A stretch of 38,363 bases of DNA from a virus (Duplodnaviria; Caudoviricetes). The notes below the pieces were generated by a model, which did not search any database, was not told the origin of the DNA, and worked only from the letters and a program-made list of their open reading frames with translations. The position numbers and the translations under genes are program-made. How positions within the stretch are numbered: position 1 is the stretch's first letter; each line of letters begins with the position of its first letter. Positions 29,304-37,700 of this stretch are shown one piece after another. The stretch spans positions 1 to 38,363 of IMG/VR virus record IMGVR_UViG_3300026279_000004, one strand, 5' to 3'.

Positions 29304-30179
29304 TTATTTCTCCCTCAATTTTTTTAATTTTCTTTTAATAGAATATCGTTTATCTTCTAATTTTTTCCAAACACCCTTAATTGGTGATGTTCCAGCTGGA
29401 AACCATTTAAAATACATTAATCTATCAACTAAACCACTATCATCTTTACCTTCTTTAGCATATACTTTATATGCACCACTCATCAATTTAGCATAGTTTT
29501 CAATAATCTTAGCACCAACACCTCTACCAACGTTTTTCTCTCTCCACTTATCTCTTGCAACAGCTAATTCTGAATTTATTTCCAAATATACAATAATATT
29601 ATGATAACCTTCTTCGCGAGTTTGTTTCAATCTACGTAAAATCTTTGGTGGTTTAGACGCTACTGTGTCTATTACAAGAAGTTTACCAGCCTTATGTACT
29701 TTAGTTTTAAACAAATCCTTTTCATATTCTTTAGCTATATCTCTGATATCAAAGTATGATGCATAAAATGGTTTATATAATTGTTTATAAAAATTATTAC
29801 TACCTTTATCTTTATTTCCTAACCACCAACCATAATCATATGGAAAAGTTATAATTTTACCACGATTAGAAGTATATGCAGTATTATGAATAAACTCTTG
29901 AAAACGTTTTTCACTTTTATTACTATCATCTGGTGATTGTTTCAATAAATGTTTATAATGTAACATAGCAGTATCATATTGTAAAGCTTGTACTTGTGCA
30001 TCGGAATTAGTTACACTATATCCCGTAAATCCTGGTATATAAGTTTTTGCTTCATTATTAATCCAAGTTGACTTTCCAGCCGCAGGTAATCCCATTAAAA
30101 CAACACAAAGCTTTCCTGTATCTTCAAGGAACTCTCGAAGTTCAATTTTTATTATTTCTTTTAAAAGTTTTCTTAACAT
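29304..30179 (-). CDS. P-loop kinase (AAA_33 / zeta-toxin-like fold)
   Basis: VVLMGLPAAGKST (Walker A), NSD, LVIDT (Walker B) and an A.AR...R....R lid. Confidence 0.8.
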   Translation of the reverse strand: MLRKLLKEIIKIELREFLEDTGKLCVVLMGLPAAGKSTWINNEAKTYIPGFTGYSVTNSDAQVQALQYDTAMLHYKHLLKQSPDDSNKSEKRFQEFIHNTAYTSNRGKIITFPYDYGWWLGNKDKGSNNFYKQLYKPFYASYFDIRDIAKEYEKDLFKTKVHKAGKLLVIDTVASKPPKILRRLKQTREEGYHNIIVYLEINSELAVARDKWREKNVGRGVGAKIIENYAKLMSGAYKVYAKEGKDDSGLVDRLMYFKWFPAGTSPIKGVWKKLEDKRYSIKRKLKKLREK

Positions 30180-30655
30180 TAAACTTCCAATGCTCTCCTA
30201 AACCAACCAAAGTAAAATTTTTCTAAGTCTGGTTTTCTTGTTACTAAATCAGCATAATACTTAACACGATATGCCCGTACTCTATCTAACTCAACACCTT
30301 CTAAAGCACCAATTGTCTTTGGGCCTAAACCACCATCAACCTTTAAATTAGCTCCTTTAGCGTTAGCCGCTCTTTGCAATATTTTTACGGCTCTACCACG
30401 ACCTTGATTTACACACATATCGAAATAAATATGTTTTAAATCATCTGGCATTTGTGGAACTCTATTTTTCATCCAATAATTTTGATAATATATTTCTTTA
30501 GCACCCTCTTTAGTTAAATTAGCAATATCTACATCAGGGTGTGAACGCCTTGCAATACCAAAGTTTGTTTCGCCACCAGGGTCTTTAGGGTCGTTTACAT
30601 ATCCGCCCTCGTGCTCTAAAACCACTTCTATAATATCTTCAAATTTTGTTAACAT
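30179..30655 (-). CDS. Glycoside hydrolase family 108 lysozyme (endolysin)
   Basis: HEGGYVNDPKDPGGETNFGI, FDMCVNQG, VDGGLGPKT and C-terminal F..GW..R. Confidence 0.92.
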   Translation of the reverse strand: MLTKFEDIIEVVLEHEGGYVNDPKDPGGETNFGIARRSHPDVDIANLTKEGAKEIYYQNYWMKNRVPQMPDDLKHIYFDMCVNQGRGRAVKILQRAANAKGANLKVDGGLGPKTIGALEGVELDRVRAYRVKYYADLVTRKPDLEKFYFGWFRRALEV

Positions 30656-30687
30656 TTTTAACTCCTGTAAATGGTATTTTCCTATAT

Positions 30688-30695
30688 ATAAATAT
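30688..30695 (-). promoter_or_regulatory. Putative late promoter element ATATTTAT
   Basis: Recurrent intergenic 8-mer upstream of the lysozyme gene. Confidence 0.55.
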
Positions 30696-30697
30696 CA

Positions 30698-31690
30698 TTA
30701 CTCAAATTTATTGAGTCTTTCTGCCAGATTATCAATTTGTTTCTGTCTTTCTTTTACTGCTTCTACTAACAACGATACCAGTGGTGAATAGTTCATACCA
30801 TAATATTCACCTTCTTGAAATACTACTTCTGGAACCACCTTTTCAACATCTTGAGCTATCAAACCTATGCGTTTTCCTGTTCCTCCTGCAAAATGGTCAT
30901 TACCTTCTTCTTTACTTTTCCATTCAAAGTTAACACCAGTCATACTAAGAACTTTATCTAACGCAGATTCTATTGGTTCTATATTCTTTTTTAATCTATA
31001 ATCAGAAACAAATGTATTCATAGCTCCATGTGCATCAGCACCAACAGGAATTGGAGTACCTGTACTTAAAGAACCAACAATCACACCCAAAGTAGAACTC
31101 ATACTAATTTGTTGTTTAACATCATTAACCTCTATATGTGTATCATTACCATATCCAATCCAATCATTATCTCCAATAAATGTTTCACCTTCACACTGTA
31201 TTCTTATTACTTCATTAACATCATCAACTGACATATACGTACCAAGTGAATCACCTTCCGAGTCTCCTTGTGCTATATAATTTATAGTTGTTAACTCTAA
31301 TAACCCAGTATCATCCGACATACTAATCTTAGTAAAGTATTGACCAACTTGAAATACTGCAGGTGAACTAGCAAAATAAAATTCATCATCTGCTCCAAAA
31401 GAAGTACTATCATTAAAAACAATAGAACCGGCACTACCACTTGGTTTAATTTCTCCCGCGGCTATATCACCCCAAGTAGCATCACGACCAGTTTTAACTT
31501 GAATAGTACCACTATTATTTTTAAAACCAAAACCACTTTCACCTGTAACTCCGCCTGCGTTAATATAATCCCATTCACCAAGATTTATATTATCATACTT
31601 TGTTCCAGTTAAACAATCATACAAATTACTTAAATATGAAGAATTAAATGTAGCTCCAGATGTTATTCCACTTTTACTTAAATTACCCAT
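30698..31690 (-). CDS. Tail fibre/spike-like protein with a C-terminal peptidase S74 intramolecular chaperone
   Basis: SDYRLKKNIEPI..ALDKV...GV.F.W...IGLIAQDVEKVVPEVV...NY..LV.LLVEA followed by a coiled coil. Confidence 0.85.
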   Translation of the reverse strand: MGNLSKSGITSGATFNSSYLSNLYDCLTGTKYDNINLGEWDYINAGGVTGESGFGFKNNSGTIQVKTGRDATWGDIAAGEIKPSGSAGSIVFNDSTSFGADDEFYFASSPAVFQVGQYFTKISMSDDTGLLELTTINYIAQGDSEGDSLGTYMSVDDVNEVIRIQCEGETFIGDNDWIGYGNDTHIEVNDVKQQISMSSTLGVIVGSLSTGTPIPVGADAHGAMNTFVSDYRLKKNIEPIESALDKVLSMTGVNFEWKSKEEGNDHFAGGTGKRIGLIAQDVEKVVPEVVFQEGEYYGMNYSPLVSLLVEAVKERQKQIDNLAERLNKFE

Positions 31691-32726
31691 TATTATTTTC
31701 CAACTTATCTAATCTTTCAGTCAACTCATCTATTTGTGGTTGTTGTTCTTTTATAGCTTCAACTAATAAAGCTACTATTGGTGTATAATTCATACCATAA
31801 TAACCATCTTTTTGAAATACTACTTCTGGTACATATTTTTCAACTTGTTGTGCAATCATACCTATTTGTCTCTTATCACCACCACGATAATAATCATTAC
31901 CTTCTTCTTCTGTTTTCCACTTAAAACTTACACCATCCATATGTAAAACTTTATCAAGTGCATTTGGTATTGGTTCTATATTCTTTTTTAATCTATAATC
32001 AGATACATTTAATTGTAATTTACCAGTTGCGTCCGCTCCAACATCAATAGACGCTCCAGTAGACAATGTACTTACTACAACTCCATTAGTAGCACTCATA
32101 CTTATCTGAAAACCAATATCATTAACCTCTATATGTGTACCATTGCCATATCCAACCCAGTCATCATCACCTATAAATACATTGCCCTCACTTTGTATAC
32201 GTATAATTTCATTAGGGTCATCAATTGATAAATACGTACCAAGAGACCTTCCAAAATAATCACCATTTATAACTGTACCAACTGAATTTAACCATATTTC
32301 ACCACTAATATCTGACATACTAATAAACGTAGAGTTATTTGTACTTGCAACGTCACCTACAGCAAATCCTTTATCTACACTATTGAAGATAAAATTAGAA
32401 CTACCACCGAAACCACCAGCACCATCATTATATTGAATACTCATATTAGAACCACCTGGATTAAGTGACGCTCCAGAACCTGTAGCAATTGCCGCCCATC
32501 CACCACCACTATTTTTAAATTCCATAGTTCCGCTATTATTTCTAATACCATAACCATTTGCTCCTTCATAAGTACTACCAGCACTATCTGCATTCAAATA
32601 TTCAAATTTAGCTATATTGATATTATCAAAGTGAAGGGTACCTGTTAAACAATCATATAAATTAGTTATATGTGCAGGTGTTATTGAATATCCACCTGTT
32701 ATTCCTGTTTTACTTAAATCTGCCAT
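31683..32726 (-). CDS. Tail fibre/spike-like protein with an S74 chaperone, full-length paralogue of 30698-31690
   Basis: Same S74 motifs; shared LSK.GIT, NLYDCLTGT, NNSGT and DW.GYGN.THIEVND. Confidence 0.85.
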   Translation of the reverse strand: MADLSKTGITGGYSITPAHITNLYDCLTGTLHFDNINIAKFEYLNADSAGSTYEGANGYGIRNNSGTMEFKNSGGGWAAIATGSGASLNPGGSNMSIQYNDGAGGFGGSSNFIFNSVDKGFAVGDVASTNNSTFISMSDISGEIWLNSVGTVINGDYFGRSLGTYLSIDDPNEIIRIQSEGNVFIGDDDWVGYGNGTHIEVNDIGFQISMSATNGVVVSTLSTGASIDVGADATGKLQLNVSDYRLKKNIEPIPNALDKVLHMDGVSFKWKTEEEGNDYYRGGDKRQIGMIAQQVEKYVPEVVFQKDGYYGMNYTPIVALLVEAIKEQQPQIDELTERLDKLENNNG

Positions 32727-33148
32727 TACTTAATTCCCTCACTAAATTCATCCAATTTACTATAATCTTCAAATATCTCTTCACCAATCTTAATATCTGA
32801 TAGAGTAATTCCACTATAAACTCCATCTTCTTTAGAAAGATACATATTTGGTGTGTCTGAATGGTTCATAAAAGTAATATAATGAAGTTTTAAAAATGGA
32901 TATAATTTTATTATTAGAAATTCTTCAGTAGAATAATACATCCCGTTAAATAACTTCAAAACATTTTCATGAATACCTACCAATTTACTCTTACTTATCA
33001 TCTCACTAAATTCGTGTGGAAATTCTACAATAATATTAGTACCATTTGGAATATCTTTAATAGCAAATAAACCAACACCATGTACGGGTGATGGTTGTAC
33101 TCTAAAATAAATTTCATTTTTAAGATATTCAATTACTTTATTTTCCAT
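32726..33148 (-). CDS. SET-domain protein (putative lysine methyltransferase)
   Basis: SPVHGVGLFAIKDIP.G, FMNHSDTPN and DIKIGEEIFEDY are SET motifs. Start placed at MENKV (33148) to avoid overlap with the upstream gene. Confidence 0.85.
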   Translation of the reverse strand: MENKVIEYLKNEIYFRVQPSPVHGVGLFAIKDIPNGTNIIVEFPHEFSEMISKSKLVGIHENVLKLFNGMYYSTEEFLIIKLYPFLKLHYITFMNHSDTPNMYLSKEDGVYSGITLSDIKIGEEIFEDYSKLDEFSEGIK

Positions 33149-33155
33149 TTTATAC

Positions 33156-34688
33156 CTATGCGTGCGAATGTGATACATTCTTTAATGCATCTATTTCTGC
33201 TTTTAATTCTTTAATTGCTCCAACCAAGTGGGCCGTGATAATTCCATATTTCAACGAATATTTATCGGTGGCCGAACTATACGAAACTACTTCTGGTACA
33301 TATGGCAATACATCTTGAGCTAAAAATCCAATTTCATCTATACTTGAACTTATTACGGTATTATCTTCACTCATTGATGTAAAAGTTAAATCCCCCATAT
33401 CATATCTATCATTACCAGTAGAACCAGTTATCATTCTCGTTTCTATTCTATTATACCTAACTGGTTGTAAATTATTAATTATATCTAAAGAACCACTATT
33501 GATATTTATAATATTTGTTTTCCACCTTGCATCTGAAGATTCGTTGATAGATACACAATCAATATCACCAACTACGCTTAATTCATAAGTAGCATCTGCG
33601 GCAAGGTTTGGTGAAAGGGCCCTTCCAATGTGTACATCTCCGTCTTCTGAAATTAAAAGTTGTTGGCTCCAACCTCCGGCACCCAAATTTAATCTACCAA
33701 CATCAGAAGAACCAGGACAAGTTATTTTTAATGTTCCATCCCCAGTCGAGTTCCAAGTATTTTGTTTCGTAAAAAGCATATACCCAGCATCACCTACACT
33801 ATCTCTGAGTTTAAGTTGAACGTCATTTTCACCAAGTACTGGTTCTACAGAACCACTTATAGTTATTCTTGGTGAAAAACAAGGCCCTATTTCAATTACA
33901 CCATTTCCATTTCCAGTTTTCCCGCCTGTACCAGAACCAGACCCAGGCGTCAAATTAATATTTCCACCAACTGTACCAACCCCAATACCATCTCCACCTC
34001 GTATATTAACATCACCACATTCTGCCGTAGAAGCGGATGTGGGAATTCCCACATCTCTTGTTTTAATAGTCATTGATGATTCATCATCTTCTGCTGTGAG
34101 CACTCCCCCGTCTGGTATTACAATTTCAGGTGACTTAATATAAGGTGAATATACTGAATTAGCTTCAACTGAACCCCCGACCATATCTAATCCTTGTGCC
34201 GTCATATTAATGTAATTCTTTGCAGAATTAAAAATTAATATCCCCTCGTCTGACGCATGTACTTGTGGTCTGTTAGCTGTTAATTTAAAATCATCAAAAT
34301 ACACGTAAGTAGTATAGGCAGCACTAAAATTCCCAATCCGTCTTAATGAACCAGTTACCCTAAATGAAATACTATCCCATTCTACAACAGTGTTGCCGTC
34401 AGCATCAGTAGCTGGTGCTTCAAAAGTATATGATGATTTTTGCCAAGAGGTGGGATATGTGAGAGCACTACCTGTAGCTTCATATAATTTTGTCCACGTA
34501 GTAGTTACAACATCGTCATGTGACCCCCAAATATTATATGTAACTGTCCAATAAGGTGCTGAAGAATTACTTCCTTTGGATAAAAATGAACCAGCTACTG
34601 CTAACCCTGGTGCGATTGGAGCTTCCGCTCCAACTCCATCTAAATCGAACTCATTTTTCATTGCCGCTTGGGTACTAATTGCTCCCAT
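33156..34688 (-). CDS. Tail fibre-like protein with an N-terminal jelly-roll-like segment, a Gly-rich shaft and a C-terminal S74 chaperone
   Basis: WQKSSYTFEAP..VYFDDFKLT; GDVNIRGG..GGNINLTPG; SDARWKTNI...GFLAQDV..VPEVV...LKY..I.AHLVGAIKELK. AGGAG SD. Confidence 0.8.
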   Translation of the reverse strand: MGAISTQAAMKNEFDLDGVGAEAPIAPGLAVAGSFLSKGSNSSAPYWTVTYNIWGSHDDVVTTTWTKLYEATGSALTYPTSWQKSSYTFEAPATDADGNTVVEWDSISFRVTGSLRRIGNFSAAYTTYVYFDDFKLTANRPQVHASDEGILIFNSAKNYINMTAQGLDMVGGSVEANSVYSPYIKSPEIVIPDGGVLTAEDDESSMTIKTRDVGIPTSASTAECGDVNIRGGDGIGVGTVGGNINLTPGSGSGTGGKTGNGNGVIEIGPCFSPRITISGSVEPVLGENDVQLKLRDSVGDAGYMLFTKQNTWNSTGDGTLKITCPGSSDVGRLNLGAGGWSQQLLISEDGDVHIGRALSPNLAADATYELSVVGDIDCVSINESSDARWKTNIININSGSLDIINNLQPVRYNRIETRMITGSTGNDRYDMGDLTFTSMSEDNTVISSSIDEIGFLAQDVLPYVPEVVSYSSATDKYSLKYGIITAHLVGAIKELKAEIDALKNVSHSHA

Positions 34689-34729
34689 ATTACACTCCTA
34701 TTTTTATATATTTAAACATTATTCACCCA

Positions 34730-37700
34730 TTACTCCCCAGCTTTATTGTGAACCAAGTATCCATCTGCGTAATAGTTTTGTTGATTTTCTACATGAAAAT
34801 TATACAATGGAGTATTATAATCACTTGGTTTTGCCTTTTGTATATCAATCGTTTTTAATTCTATCCAATCGTCTTCAGTTCTAACGATATCTCCAACTTG
34901 TAAACTACCCACTAATTGATTATAAAGTTTTTCACTTTCGAATTTAGTAGTTTCTGGATTTATAGATTTCCAACCCTCTTTAGTCATAAATGGGTGTTCT
35001 GAAGTTACAAAATGCTTACCACCATTAAAAGAATATAAATCTCTTCCACCAATAATAGTTTTTTCTTCAAAAATTACTTCGCCAATTCCATCTTTCGTTT
35101 TAACCATATCTCCAACTACAACATCTTCAATATTTTTATATAAACCATCTCCCAGTAATACTTGTGTACCCGCTATAAAACAAGACCATCCCGGCATTGG
35201 ATTACTATTATCAAATTTCATATACCCACCATAACTACCACTAGCCGCAGCTGTACCTGTAGTTCTTCCTGGGCCATCATTTTGATAATAACCCTGGTCA
35301 TCATACACCCAATCTGTGGCCGTTTCAAATCCACCATTTGGAAATCTATTTAAGAAACTTGATGCTACAACTACTGGACTATCCAATGTAAACTTACCAA
35401 ATTTAGCTACATATTGACTGGTATCATCATCTCTTACATATAATGCTAATTGAGCTTTACTTAAAGCAATAGTATCAGTTGTACCATACCCTGACGCTAA
35501 TGTTGCAGAAATCTCATCAGTTCCAATGTACCATCCACCAATATCACCAGCACTCGCTGAAACTGTACCTGCCATTGTAACATCACCAGTGTTAGTCAAA
35601 TGAAAATTACTTGAACTTATCTCAATCGTTCCATTACCAGCCGGCGAACCACTAATAAACTGACCACCAGTACCAGTGCTTCCCTTTCCTAACATGAAAC
35701 TTGATGCACTCATTATAAGATTTTCAGTACTATAATCGTATTGTATCCTACCACCATCTGAGTTACCAATTAGTAAACTACCAAGTCCACTTACGTAAAA
35801 TCCTTTTTTCCTATTAGCACCAACACCAATATAATCTGTTGGTGGCGTACTACCTAATGCTATAACACCATTATTACTACTACTGATTATTATATTAGCA
35901 GTATTTAGATTAAACGCTTCTGTTTGTATATTAAAGGAACTTCCATCGTTATATACATAATTGTCGAATTCTGCATCACCATATCTTGCGGCTGATACAT
36001 CACCACTCAAGTTATCTGAAAATTTAAAGGTTGAACCAGATATTTGACCACTTGATTTTAAAAATAGATTAGAACCATCACTTATTTGTGTCTGGGTTAC
36101 TGTAAATCCACCTATTATGGCACCAGTTGCAGTAGTTGTAAATACTCTTGTTCCATCTTGACCTTGTATATCAAGTTTAGTATCATCCCAATACATTTTT
36201 CCTTTAGTACCTTCTGCACTTATTTTATACTCACCTGCCGCAGTTCGTCCTATAAAAATTCCATCACCGCTAGCATAAGAAGTAGCACCTATTCCCAAAT
36301 ATGCACTTGCGGCACTAACCGCCGCGAGTGTAACATCACCTTTACTAATAGAAGCTGTATCTATAGTCCAACCAGCTATTAAAGCTTCTGGTGTATCTGT
36401 TATGGATAATAAAGTATTACCAGACCCATCATACGCTCTCATACCATAGACATCGGTATCAACTTGTCCTACAGCGAATCTTACATTACTTCTTGTAGCC
36501 GTACCAGGTGAGAATGAACCTAAACCATCCGTTCCATGAAATGATATGGATTTAGCTTCAGCATCTATTATTATACCATCAGTATCTGCTGAAACTGAAC
36601 TCGACATCATCTGATTACCAATTTTCCACCCACCAGCGGTTAATACATCATTTACATAACTAAAATTTTCCCCAACAAAAAAGATTGGGTCTTCTGATGC
36701 ACTTACAAAAAACAATGAAGGTTGTGGTATTGTACTTGTATGAGTAGTAGCATTAGTACCAAGAGCTATTGTAGCAGTATTTCCATCTATTCTAGCAACT
36801 GTACCACTCTCTAACTTTCCTGGACTCATATCCCATCCAGCTAAACGAGCAACATCCTTTGTTATCAATACACTATATGTAGTATCAAGACTTGAATCGG
36901 CATCTACCGTACCTGTATAAATTCCCAATCCATATGGTGTAGTACCACCAGGCTGTTTTCCTAATACAAGTTTTGGTCTACTCGTATCTATAGAACCAGT
37001 GTATATAGCAAGATATTGATTTGTAGAGTCGAGAGCTACACTTCCTGCGTCATTATCTGTAGAAATTTTGGATTGTTCAAGTGTCCAACCTGCTAAAATA
37101 TTTGGATTCGTAGCATCATTACTTATTTTGAATATAGTATTACCACTTGTATCTTTACCTAATATACCATAATAGGTAGAATCAATTTTACCAATCAACA
37201 TTCTTTCGTAAGTACCATCACTAATAGTAATACGTGGTGTTGCTGGTGTGAATACTAAATTATTACCAGCATCTGCAAGAGTTGTAGAGTTAATAGTCCA
37301 TCCACCAATCTTACCACTTGTAGCATTAATAGAACCTTCAAGAAAAGCACTACCTGACGCATATAATCCATAAACATTCGGGCCACCATAATTACTATGA
37401 CCCAAATCTCCAAATTCGGTAGAATTTACACCATCCAACTTACCAACACGAACTTTTACATACTGGTCACTCATAGTAACTTGAGTAGCCGCTGTAATTC
37501 CATCAATTACATCTATAAATGGTGCATTATCATCATCGGCTGTTAAATATATGGCTCCTTGTCTCGCGACATTACTTGAATTTCCAATACGAACAAACTC
37601 ATAACCCGCGGCTGGGTTTGATGTGGAAGATGCATCATAAGAAGCAGACACCCATTCACCATCACCTGGTGATATAGAATCAACTGTTAGAACAGATTTT

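Noticed and set aside
34745-35182. Canonical mobile intein
   Set aside because: There is no endonuclease insert, the +1 residue is Lys, and only four residues follow, so standard cis-splicing is not supported.
8814-36382. Short plus-strand and nested ORFs (for example 12565, 12842, 17185, 19631, 22652, 34576)
   Set aside because: They are antisense or out-of-frame overlaps of well-supported genes, with low-complexity translations and no recognisable motifs.
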